Assembly (NCBI RefSeq): GCF_009914755.1
Contig: NC_060925.1
Length of the DNA stretch: 64,000 nucleotides
Strand: one strand, 5' to 3'
Origin: the human T2T-CHM13v2.0 reference genome, Homo sapiens
Both the position numbers and the translations under genes were made by a program. Under the pieces are notes generated by a model, which was not told the origin of the DNA, searched no databases, and worked only from the letters and a program-made list of their open reading frames with translations. This document shows positions 15,456-28,172 of this stretch, one piece after another; the stretch's first letter is position 1; each line of letters starts with the position of its first letter.

Positions 15456-16316
15456 CATGGGACAAGGCATTTTTATAACACACGTTCCCCTATGTTATTA
15501 CTAGCTCTTTCTTGACACATTGGTTATTAACAAAGTGTAGGCTAGCAGGATTGGATGCTTTCCCAAGAAGGAGATAATTACTTTACAAATGCTATCTCAT
15601 TTAACAATAGTTTAAAGCAGACCTCACTTTCAAATTAGTCATATCCTGATGTTAGCAGTATATTAGCAAAACAGGCCATTTTCTGCCAGGATTAAATATC
15701 TCCAGATTTGAAAATAATCTGCATGAAATGTAGAAAGTATTTGGTAATCTTTTTTCTCCTAAATGTGATCCAGTTGGCATTTTCAGAGCCTGAAGCTAAG
15801 GGCTTTATTCAGATGCCTTGCATTTTGTACCAGCAGCAAAAGCACCGATGAGATCTACATGGTGATCCAGGGGGCCAGAGCCATGGAATACTAGGAACCT
15901 TCTACATGATGGCTGCTCCTGATGCAGATTATTGCTAAGACTCTGAGACTGAGTGCATACAACATGGGTTGGTGTTCTCTGAAGCTTTTGGGTTAATTCC
16001 GCCAGGTTTTTCACTTCCCGGCCAACTCCTATGCAGAACTATACTTCAGTCAGTTACTGAATGCTTATGTTTTGGTCATGTACTACAGCATTGTAATAAC
16101 CTGCCAGAATTAAGAAAACCTGTGTTGCCAGGGAGGATGTTTTATTTTTTTATTTCCAAAATTATTTCCATAATTTTGAGGATTTCCTCAAAATTAATAG
16201 CATTTTGTAAACAAAGTATCTGGATCTCCCCTAATAATTTAATAACTATTCCATTTTATAGTCTCTCATATACATTTTATAAAATTTGTAAAACATGACA
16301 TTTGCCTGTCAATTAA

Positions 16317-16402
16317 CATGTATACGTATGTAACTAACCTGTACATTGTGCACATGTACCCTAAAACTTAAAGTATAATAATAATTAAAAACAAACAAAC
16401 AA
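16317..16402 (+). mobile_element. Very short L1PA 3'-end insertion
   Basis: catgtatacgtatgtaactaacctg...ctaaaacttaaagtataataa plus A-rich tail; candidate TSD aaaacatg at 16290 and 16403. Confidence 0.85.
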
Positions 16403-17629
16403 AAAACATGGTCTCTGAGATCACCTTCGCTTTCATATTGTATTCCATGGCAACAATGTAATAGTTTTGTAATAGTTTTTCTTGTTATGCATCATGAAGA
16501 ATCTTGGGGAAAAACCCACAACTTGTGTGTATATAGGATTTTTCCCCCTTTCTTTTGGGTTACTTCTTAGAATGCAACTTGGATCATATTCAATAGTACC
16601 AAGGGACAAGACTAACTCTACAGTTTTCATCCTATATTGTCAACCCGATTTTATAAAGATTTTTTATTTTTACTCTAAAATTAATCTTCACTATATTCCA
16701 ACTGGCAAAGCATATTATAAAGAAACACATAAATTTCTAGGTGAGTCACTAGGAGATATACAAAGGGATGTAAAACTTGTAGAAGAGTTACTCACGTAAC
16801 TTTATTTATTCAGATCCATTGCAGCCCCAGATCCCAGGCTCTGGTGTAAGAGCTATTTTATCAACGTGGTACATGGAGCTATTTTATCACTGAGGAATCT
16901 TTATGGCTTCATGCATGCAGGAGGAGACAGGTCAGCTGGCCCTTTCTGAAAGAACCATTCTTCCTATGTATTTAACTCAAAGTAATCAATATTCCAATTT
17001 GTTGTTTGGGAGATGGCATGTCCTTCAATCCTTTACTGATAAATGACTATATAGATATAGTAATTTTCAGGCAAGAAATTTGGCAGCTTTAAAGAGACTG
17101 TTGATTTTACCAAGTAAACAAATATAAACATATATTTATTTCTATATCAACTTATTTATAAATATATACTCATGTGATCTCCAAAGATAAAAAAATTAAA
17201 TCCAAAAATTAACTGTGATACAATAGTTTCACATACCTGGAGACTGTTTTTTTACTTTGCTTTTTTTTAGTCTGAATCTTTTCTTTTCTTCAAATAAGGA
17301 GCAGAAGAACGTAGAGCAGACACTATTAGGGAGCACCAGCCATCGAGATCCAGGTTGGCAGGTCCCTGCAGTACTTTGGAAGTAGTGGCACCTAGGGATT
17401 GTGGAAGAAAGGTTGGTTGAGGCATTTATCCTGAGCCTGCAGGTTGTGCTCTCGGCTATCTAACAGAACTCAGCCAATTTGTTATAGTTTAAACCTGTTT
17501 TATTCCCATAAACATTGACATAATTTGATGATAGGGTCATGTCATCAATATTCTGCTTCCATATTCTCTTTCAGACACATTAAGTGAATTGGTTTAACCC
17601 TCATCTAGATAAAGTAAAATGAGTATAAC

Positions 17630-20485
17630 TTCTTGTATAAGGTGTAAGAAAGGGGTCCAGTTTCAGTTTTCTGCATATGGCTAGACTTAAACTTCCACGC
17701 TATAATAGTGGGAGACTTTAACACCCCACTGTCAATATTACACAGATCAATGAGACTGAAAATTTATAAGGATATTCAGGACTGGAACTCAGCTCTGGAC
17801 CAAGCGGACTGAATAGACATCTACAGAACTCTCCACCCCAAATCAGTGGAATGTACATTCTTTTCAGCAACACATAACCCTTATTCTAAAATTGACCACA
17901 TAATTGGAAGTCAAACACTCCTCAGCAAATGCAAAAGGGCAGAAGTAATAGCAAACAGTCTCTGAGACCACAGTGCAATCAAATTAGAACTCAGGGTTAA
18001 GGGACTCACTCAAAACTGTACAACTACATGGAAACTGAACAACCTGCTCCTGAATGAATACTGGGTAAATAACGAAATTAAGGCTTAAATAAATAAGTTG
18101 TTTGAAACCAGTGAGAACAAAGACATAACATACCAGAAGATCTGGGACACAGCTAAAGTGGTGTTTAGAGGAAAACTGATAGCACTAAATGCCCACATTA
18201 GAAAAGGGGAAAAATCTAAAATTGACACACTAACATCACAATTAAAAGAAATAGAGAAGCAAGAGCAAACAAATTCAAATGACTGCAGAAGACAAGAAAT
18301 AACCAAGATCAGAGTTTAACTGAAAGAGATGGAGACATGAAAAACCCTTCAAAAAAATCAGTGAATCCAGGAGCTGGTTTTTTGAAAAGATTAACAAAGT
18401 AGACAACTAGCAGACAAATAAAGAAGAAAAGAGAGAAGAATCAAATAGACACAATAAAAAATGATAAAGGGGATATCACCACTGATCCCACAGAAATACA
18501 AACTCGCATCAGAGAATACTATAAACATCTCTATGCAAATAAACTAGAAAACCTGGAAGAAATGGATAAATTCCTGGACACATACACTCTCTCAAGACTA
18601 AACCAGGAAGAAGTCAAATCCCTAAATAGACCAATAACAAGTTCTGAAATTGAGGCAGTAATTAATAGCCTACAAAACAAAACAAAACAAAACAAAAAAA
18701 CCCAGGACCAGACAGATTCACAGCCAAATTCAACCAGAGGTACAAAGAAGAGTTGGTACCATTCATTCTGAAACTATTCCAAACAATAGAAAAAGAGGAA
18801 CTCCTCCTTAACTCATTTTATGAGGCAAGCATCATCCTGATTCCAAAACTTGGCAGAGACACAACAAAAAAACAAAATTTCAGGCCAATATCCCCAGTGA
18901 ACATTGATGTGAAAATCCTCAATAAAATACTGGAAAGCTGAATCCAGCAGTACATCAAAAAGCTTATCCACCACGGTCAAGTTGGCTTCATCCCTGGTAT
19001 GCATGGTTGATTCAACATATGCAAATAAATAAATGCAATCCATCAAATAAACAGAACCAATGACAAAAACCACATGATTATCTTGATAGATGCAGGAAAG
19101 GCTTTCAATAAAATTCAACACCCCTTCATGCTAAAAACACTCAATAAATTAGGTATTGATGAAATATGTCTCAAATTAATAAAAGCTATTTATGACAAAC
19201 ACATACCCAATGTCACACTGAATGGGCAAAATCTGGAGGCATCCCCTTTGAAAACCATAACAAGACAAAAAATGCCCTCTCTCACCACTCCTGGGCAACA
19301 TAGTATTGGAAGTTCTGGCCAGGGCAATTAGGCAAGAGAAAGAAATAAAGGATATTCAAATAGGAAGGGAGGAAGTCCAATTGCCTCTGTTTGCAGATGA
19401 CATAATTGTATACTTAGAAATCCCCATCATCTCCACCCAAAAACTCCTTAAGCTGATAAGCAACTTCAGCAAAGCCTCAGGATACAAAATCAATGTGCAA
19501 AAATCACTAGCATTCTTATACATCAATAATAGACAGACAGAGAGCCAAATCATGAGTGAACTCCCATTCACAATTGCTACAAAGAAAATAAAATACCTAG
19601 GAATACAACTTACAAGCAATGTGCAGGGCCTGTTAAAGGAGAACTACAAAAAGTGGGCGAAGGATATGAACAGACACTTCCCAAAAGAAGATATTTATGT
19701 GGCCAACAAACATTTGAAAAAAAGCTCATTATCACTAGTCATTAGAGAAATGCAAATCAAAACCACAATAAGATATCTTCTCATGCCAGTTAGAATGGTG
19801 ATCATTAAAATGTCGGGAAACAACAGATGCTGGTGAGCAAGTGGAGAAATAGGAAAGCTTTTACACTACTAGTGGGAGTGTAAATTAGTTCAACCATTGT
19901 GGGAGACAGTGTGGCAATTGCTCAAGGATTTAGAACCAGAAATACCATTTGCTCTAGCAATCCCATTCCTGGGTATATACCCAAAGGATTATAAATCGCT
20001 CTAGTATAAAGACACAGACACACGTATGTTTATAGCAGCACTATTTACAATAGCTAAGGCTGGGAACCAACCCAAATGCCCATCAATGATAGACTGGATA
20101 AAGTAAATGTGGCACATAGACATCATGGAATACTCTGCAGCCATGAAAAAGAACGAGTTCATATCCTTTGCAGGGACATGGATGAAGCTGGAAACCATCA
20201 TTCTCTAGCCAACTAACACAGGAATAGAAAACTAAACATCTCACTCATAAGCGAGAGTTGAACAGTGAGAACACGTGGACACATGGAGGGGAACATCACA
20301 CACCAGAACCTTTGTGGGGGGGCCAAGAGGAGGGATAGCATTAGGACAAATACCTAATGCATGCGGGGCTTAAAACCTAGGTGATGGATTGATGGATGCA
20401 ACAAACCACCATGGTACATGTATACCTACATAACCTGCACATTCAGCACGTGTATCCCAGAACTTAAAGTATATTAAAAAAAAAA
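17630..20485 (+). mobile_element. Rearranged L1PA (L1PA7/8-like): 55-bp inverted piece, ORF2 EN-RT, internal deletion, 3' end
   Basis: 17630-17684 is antisense ORF2; sense ORF2 runs from 17683; [10 protein letters not shown] fusion near 19648; poly-A at 20476-20485. Confidence 0.92.
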
Positions 20486-20740
20486 GTTATTTTGACAGAG
20501 AGAAAAAAGAGACCACATTTACATAATGTTTACTACGGTGTATTTTTATAATTGTTCTATTTTATTTTTATTTTTGTTAATCTCTTACTTGCCTAACTTA
20601 TAAACTGAATGTTATCATAAGTATATATGGATCCAAAGAAATAGTGGAAATAGTGTATATGAGACTCAATATTATCCTCAGTTTCAGGCATTCCCTGGAG
20701 GTCTTGGAATGCATCCCCTGTGGATAAGGAGGAACTAATT
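20486..20740 (+). mobile_element. MER44/Tigger7-derived DNA transposon, right part only
   Basis: tttcaggcattccctggaggtcttggaatgcatcccctgtggataaggaggaacta matches the MER44 terminus; paralogous to 36015-36260. Confidence 0.75.
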
Positions 20741-20786
20741 CACTTATCCTTCTGCCGCCCTGCAGGAAGGATTGTAGGAATGCCCC

Positions 20787-21723
20787 ATGGAAAAATACAA
20801 TCAAACATCAACTGATTTCATCTTATTGGGGATCTTCCCACCATCCAGAATTGGCTTTCTCCTCTTCATTCTCCTTGTTCTCATTTTGCTATTGGCTTTA
20901 ATTGGCAATCAGTCCGTGATCCTTCTCATCTTCTTGGACACTCATCTCCACACGCCCATGTATTTCTTACTTAGTCGGCTCTACCTCATTGACCTAAATT
21001 ACATCTCCACTATTGTCCCCAGATGTTTTCTGATTTTCTGTTTGGAAACAAGTCTATTTCCTTCATTGGGTGTGGAATTCAGAGTTTCTTCTTTGTGACT
21101 TTAGCAGGTGCAGAAATGCTGCCACTGACATCAATGGCCTGTGATCATTATGTAGCTGTTTGCTTTCCTCTCCACTATCCCATCCATATGAGCAAGATAG
21201 TATGTGCTGATGATAATAGGATCTTGGATAATGGGCTCTATCGACACTTGTGCTCACATTTCGTATATGCCCCGTATCCCTGTTGCTCAGCCAGGGCTGT
21301 GATGTCCCAGCCATGGTGAATCTGGCCTTCATGGACACCTGGGTCTATGAGTGCACAGTGTTTTTGAGCACAACCCTCTTTCTCGTGTTTACCTTTATTG
21401 GTATTGCATGTTCCTATGGTGAGGTTCTCCTTACTGTCTACCACATTAAATCTGCAGAAGGGAGGAAGAAGGCCTATTCGACCTGTAGCACCCACCTCAC
21501 TGTAGTAATTTTCTACTATGCAATGTTTGCTTATACCTATCTATATCCAAGATACCTGCAATCTCCAACAGAGGACAAGGTTCTGGCTGTCTTCTACACC
21601 ATCCTCACCTCAATGCTCAACCCCATCATCTACAGCCTGAGAAACAGGGAGGTGATGGGGGCCCTGACACGAGTGAGTCAGAGAATCTTCCCTGTGAAGA
21701 TGAAGACAAACTTTCTGCCTTAG
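20787..21723 (+). pseudogene. OR2L9P: OR2L-family olfactory receptor pseudogene with multiple frameshifts
   Basis: MEKYNQTSTDFILLG start. Frameshifts near 21020 and 21200, a ~16-nt deletion near 21298, MAYDRY>MACDHY, and the ancestral stop read through to 21723. Symbol from remembered gene order. Confidence 0.8.
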
Positions 21724-23517
21724 AGTCCAAGCACTAGCCTCACATCAACTTAGCAGTGTACAGCAGTTACGAAAAATAATATTCCATGCCAGGAGCGTGG
21801 AACAAAAATTACTCTAGAAAATTTTTTAAAATTGAGTCTTGACATTATAATTGCATATTCTAAGACATCTATGTTGTTTTGTTTTTGCTGTTTCTTTTTA
21901 TCAAAATATAGATCATTTATTTTCCACTAAATTGTGGGCAGTAGGGTTTCATTAAAATTAAAATAATAAATGTTCAAACTAATCATAGCATTCAGCATAA
22001 TAGTTATATGTCATTCATTTCTCATTATTATTAAGACAAGAATAATAAATTATTTAAGATTACTGAATCTAATTGAATATAAGATAGTATTGTATTTTCT
22101 CTCAACTGGTGGGTATAGCTTATTCTTTTTCCTAAAGTAATGATTTATTAATAAATTTACCTCAGGATAAATAATTATTTTTGGGGATAAGCCAATTTGT
22201 CTTTAGAAAAACAAGAGTTTCTTTACAAGAGATTCTATAGGAGTTACAGTCTACTGAGTGTGGAGTAGGTTATTTGAACCATTCCCCAGTCACATCACAA
22301 CACACTCAATTTCTGCCCCCTTGGTTGCCACCGGTATTCTCATACAAGACATTCTGCCTGGACAATTTTATTTCTACTTATTTTTCTCATAAATCAACAC
22401 ATCTATACAGCTTGGGTTGGGGTCAAATCCTCTGCTCCACTATTTTTATACCTGCTTAGGCATGTGCCTAAAAGCATCAACATTATTTCCATAAAACTTA
22501 TACTGTATTATATATTGAAAATTTGCTAAGAGAATGGGTTTTAAGTCCTCTTACTATAAAGATTGTAACTATGGAAAGTGCTGTATAATTTGAGTGTAGT
22601 AATCATTTCAACATGTAGTTGGATGTCAAACATCATGTTGTACAGTTTTAATAACATAAAATATGTGGCACATCTTTAATGAAATCAATAATCAATCAAT
22701 CTAGACTGGCTTGAAAAGTTCCTAGAACTATCTAATTAAAATATATTTTGATGATGTCATTTTCTTTAGTAGGGTATGTGATTCTCTCCACTGGCTAATT
22801 CACTCCTACACTGGCAGGATCACACTGTACCTGGAACTTTATGTTCTCTTCATCTTAAGTTGAATGCAGTTTTCTGAACAAGTTTTGAAAAGGCAGTCCT
22901 TCATTACATTAAGGATACAATTGGTTTTACCTTTAATGCATTGTTCTCTATCCTCACAAGTTTCTTTCACTGCGTGAATCCTCATTTCTCCCTTTTCTCA
23001 GGGTACACATCAGGTATCATCTACATGAGGAAGCATGTTGAATGTGCTTGTTCAACTTTATCTTTATATTCTACTCTCATACATCCTACTATTTCTAATA
23101 ATAACATGTGTCATCACAATGTATTGTAATAATCTCTTTTCTCTATGGCTCCACAGACTATTATCTGTTACCATCAGTGGCTTGGTCTTTTCCTCTTCAC
23201 ATGCCCAGATGATGCTCTTAAGTACCTGTTCTATGTTCAAATTATTCATACCTCAAAGCATGTTTATGTATTCTTAGCCCATTGCATTTTCACATAATAA
23301 TTAGAATCAACCAGCAAAATGTCTATAGGAAAAAAGTTTTGTGTCTCAGTGTGAATTCTTACCATCTAGAGCATGATTTGTGGGAAAATGAAATCTTTTC
23401 TATATTAAATCTCTTGATTCATTAATGAAACATATTTTACTACATATATATCTACTTATGAAGAGCAGAATCCCATCCATATCTAGGCAATAGTCATGGG
23501 AATGATTCCTGTAGATA

Positions 23518-24456
23518 CTTTTTTTTAGACACCGTCTTACTGTGTTGCCAAGGCTGGTCTCAAACACCTCAGTGCAAGTCATGCTAAAACTATTCTCATA
23601 AAGTGAAGAAAACTAAATTGCTGGGTTTTTAGCCAAAAGCATAAACTTTTAGTAGAAGCATACACTAAGCATGAACCAGCTCGCCCGATAGCCTACTTCC
23701 GTATGACTGCTTACTGCTTAAAAGTCAGGTAGCCCTTCTCACAGGGTCCTAACTACCGTTAATTGTTTCTTTAGATATCATCTTTAATTTTAGGAAACCT
23801 CAAGTTTTCTATTTAAAATGTTTTCCGGATCCTGAATTCTAGTGGATCCACTGACGCAGGGGGTCTGTGGAGCTTGTCTGAGAAACTGACTCAGTGCAGG
23901 ATGCAGCATCTTCATCTCGCTGTCTAGTGACTCCATCACTCACTTCTCGACCAATCAGCAGTCCCCACACTTCAGCTCATCACCCGTCCAGACTCCTTAA
24001 AAACGTCATCTCCAAGTCTCTCCAGAAGGCTGATATGAGGCTTCCTTTCTTTTCTTTCTTCAGAGCGATGAAGCCAGCTGGACTTCCTGGGTCGGGTGGG
24101 GACTTAGGAAAATTTTGTGTCTTACAAGAGGATTATAAATGTACCAATCAGCACTCTGTAAAAATGCACCAATCTTGCTGCTGCTCAGTCTTCGGGTCCG
24201 CACCACCTTTAAGAGCTGTAGCAATCACCGCGAGGGTCCCAAGTCAGTGAGACCACGAACCCACCGGAAGGAACAAACTCCAGACATACTTCAGCTGACA
24301 TATGATTATTAAACTCCTTCTCTGCTGCAACTCCCACTGTTTTGATGTTTTGGTCTGCTACCACTCAATGGGTAATTGAACCCGTGGGCGTGTAACAATC
24401 CTCCTCCCTTGGTCTCCCCATAGGTGGAATTACAGGCCTGTGCCACCGTGCCCTGC
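23518..24456 (-). mobile_element. Alu monomer (FLAM-like) split by an ERV1-type LTR (~23582-24397)
   Basis: ttttagacaccgtcttactgtgttgccaaggctggtctcaaac resumes as atcctcc...ggaattacaggcctgtgccaccgtgccctgc after an LTR ending tgtaaca. Confidence 0.6.
24060..24288 (+). mobile_element. Internally deleted LTR12 (ERV9; LTR12F-like) solo LTR
   Basis: gaagccagctggacttcctgggtcgggtggggact start, CCAATCAGCACTCTGTAAAA repeat, gagaccacgaacccaccggaaggaacaaactccagaca end; absent from paralog B near 42150. Confidence 0.85.
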
Positions 24457-25209
24457 TCTTTAACAAAAGATTTGGCATAATGGTTATCACTTGAATCTTG
24501 GATCTTTGGGACATTTGTATTTGGGCTTCTTTTTAAGTAAATGTCATTATGCATTTCATGTGCCTGCAAAGGACATGAAGCAACTATGTTGTTTAATGAA
24601 TAATTCAAATGGACTGAACACAGACATTAAAAAATTTAAAATAAACAGGTCACTTTTATTTACATTCCTTGCTCTCATTTCTTCCTTCAGTATAAACCAA
24701 GTTGTGGCTACTCTATGCTTAGTGGTTTCTACTGAGGAAGTGTGAAATGTTCAATTCCCACTTCCAGAGCATTCTCAGGGAAAGCAGGGGTCTTTCAGGA
24801 TCCCCTCCTCCTCTGGGCTTCCTTGTGTTGCGTAGGAGCTCTAAGGGACTGCCACAGTGCTTCTCTGACACAGGCCACTCGGACCTGTCTACTCTCCTGG
24901 GCACCCTGCCACAGTCTTGGTGGTCCCCTGAAGATGATTCTGTCCTGAGATCCAGACTGCAGGCTTCCTTTGTTTCATATGCCCAAGTCCATGTTAGTTT
25001 CTGTCTCATGTCCCCCACATGTGTTTACAGGATCCCAGTGGGTAGTCTTGAGTCATGACCTATAAAGTCTTTCTTTCATACAGAAATCCTCTCAAATCAC
25101 CTTTTCCCACATCAAATAAGGATTCTTCCTTCCTTATTCAGCACAAATGTGTTTTGTCTACTAAAGAAGATATAAAAACAGTGTACAATGTGCACTAAAT
25201 GTGGCATCT

Positions 25210-25843
25210 TCTTTTATATTATTATACTTTAAGTTCTAGGGTACATGTGCATAACGTGCAGGTTTGTTACACATGTATACATGTGCCATGTGGTTTGCTG
25301 CACCCATCAACTTGTCATTTACATTAGGTATTTCTCCTAATGCTATCCCTCCCTCAGGCCACCACCCCCCAAAAGGCCCCAGTGTGTGATGTTCCCCTCC
25401 CTGTGTTCATGTGTTCTCATTGTTCAACTCCCAGTTATGAGTGAGAATATGTGGTGTTTGGTTTTCTGTCCTTGTGATATTTTGCTGAGAATGATGGTTT
25501 CCAGCTTCGTCCATGTCCCTGCAAAGGACATGAACTCATCCTTTTTTATAGCTGTATAGTATTTCATGGTGTATATGTGCCACATTTTTTTTATCCAGTC
25601 TATTATTGATGGACATTTGGGTTGGTTCAAAGTCTTTGCTATTGTGAATAGTGCTGCAAGAAACATATGTATGCATGTGTCTTCAGCTTGACCTCCGTGG
25701 GCTGCACCCACTGTCCAGCCTGTCCCAATGAGATGAACCAGGTACCTCAGTTGGAAATCCAGAAATCACTTGTCTTCTCTGTTGGTCCCGCTGGGAGATG
25801 TAGACTGGCTGTGTTCATATTTGGCCATCTTGGAAACGACTCC
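25210..25843 (-). mobile_element. Mini-L1: first ~160 nt of the 5'UTR joined to the last ~470 nt, with TSD
   Basis: TSD cta(a/g)atgtggcatct at 25195 and 25843; junction at 25681-25683; empty site in paralog C near 58626. Confidence 0.92.
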
Positions 25844-26599
25844 TAGATGTGGCATCTACTGTTATGTTCAAAGGCATGGTTTAAAAGGTAAAGAAATTCT
25901 TTAGATTTTCAAATGCAAGAATATTGAAACAGTTGTGTTTGATTTTCAGGAAATTTTCTTTGCTACCTACCCTGATTAGATCATTATATAACATACACTT
26001 GTATAAAAACATCAAATTGTAACCCATAAATTCATACAATAACAGTGTATCAACTAAATAAATATTTCTTAAAAACATTTATAAAATTCCAAATATATAA
26101 AATGGACTAATGTTACTTTTTCAAGATAGAAGGCATAATTAATTTACTGGAAACCATGGAAAATTTGAGTACATTTAAGATACTCTTTGGCATAAAAATT
26201 TAATTACTAAATATACCCTAGATAGTATTATACCACAATCAATAGTTGCATCATTTTTATCATCAATTTTAATAACAGAAAATTGTTTTAAAATTTAATG
26301 GGCATTTCCAGAATAAAAGAAACAATATAAACATATACTTAAAATATGTTAAAGATAACTCCAATATGTGATATTTTAATACCTTCTACTTATGTGTTTT
26401 AAGTAAATTAACATAGTTCCACTTTTATGTTCTAAAACTTACTGCCAGTATAAACTAAATTGGGAAAGAAATTAATATATACAGAGATATCATTGGTATG
26501 AATGCAGTGAATAACAACATATAAAATGTAGGATTTCATAAACTATTAGAGACACAAATGCATTAGTAAAACCTGAATAAACATAATTGTTTCTTTTCC

Positions 26600-26990
26600 C
26601 AGTGAGTTTACCTTTGACGTGACTTGAAACATCTAAATACATTATCATAACTCATTTCTAAACGTTGGACTAAGGCCATCCTATGTTATTAGTGATTCAG
26701 CCTAGAATGTCCAAACTCTCAGTGGACATTCCCCGGTGAATCCTAGCAAAACAGTCATTAAACTTGTTCTTCAGGTAAAGAAACACCGGAATCATGGTTG
26801 CTACTGAATCACCATGAAGCTCTCTAAAATCTCAAGTGTAGGGATGAAAATGAATACATACCTTTCTTTAAAAAGCATTCAGAGATCTTGCTCAGAAAAA
26901 TGACTGTTCATATGATGCCTGTACGACTCCTCACAGCTAACCAAGGCAGTGTGTGTTTGAAATTGAGGAGATAATAAAAGGTACTAATTA
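26600..26990 (+). promoter_or_regulatory. Candidate OR2L promoter / non-coding first-exon block, copy A
   Basis: Conserved in all three duplicons; O/E-like TTCCCCGGTGAA 26729; donor-like CAG|GTAAAG 26775 and AAG|GTACTA 26981. Confidence 0.45.
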
Positions 26991-27807
26991 TATTTGTATT
27001 TTAAAATTTTTATTGATCACAGGGAAGAAGGGACTCTGGCAACTGCTTAAGAGAACTTTGTTTCAGAAATAGAATTGAAGTCTGAGCAATAGTGACTGTA
27101 CTTTCTGTTAACAAAATTCAGCAGAAATCCTGGAGTATAGAATGCAGACAACCAACAGTGGTTTTGCTGCTAACTCATAAATGTGTTTTCTGGATGGGAA
27201 GCTAAATGATGTTCATGGAAGAGATGGGGCTAAATTACATTAGAATATGCTTTTATGGGCTCAAGTCAAATTAATGAATCCACATATAATAATCCAGTCT
27301 TTCTAGTAAAATACCTGAAAGTACTAGTGTTGTTTTTGCGTAAAAATATTAAAATGACATGAAGGTAAAGGCAAAATGAGAATGGTTAAAATTACCATCT
27401 GTAAAGCAATAATATATATTTTTTAAAATAAAGGACCCTCTTCTGAAAATAAATAATGCAGGTAACCATATGATTAGTAGCTGTGATATGGTTATCCAGA
27501 TTTTGTTTTTACATCCAATTTGTGCAAAATTATAGTGCTTTGTGCTTTTAATTTTTATATTGTGTTTATTTTTTCTTCAAGACACAATGTAAACTTCCAG
27601 TGAAATAATAGAAATATCTGCTTTAACAACCATGCAGAGTTTTTGTGAGAAGCAAATGAGCATAGTATGTGGAAACAATGTGAAGGCTGTATTATTCTAC
27701 AGTCATAGCGGATAACAAGTGTGTGAGTGTAAGTGATAGTGATTATTTTGATGTTGAGGGCACTGATAATGAGAAAGATGCTTAAACTTGCAGCTTCTCT
27801 TCAATGA

Positions 27808-28172
<365 letters not shown>

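Noticed and set aside
15805-16298. Overlapping ORFs in moderately GC-rich sequence
   Set aside because: No recognisable domain, retrocopy tail or TSD; probably degraded repeat or unique intergenic DNA.
16850-16890. 14-bp direct repeat gagctattttatca
   Set aside because: Small local duplication in probable LTR-derived sequence; no array structure.
24719-25058. ORFs apparently conserved with 58205-58489
   Set aside because: Similarity comes from the DNA duplication; indels change frames between the copies.
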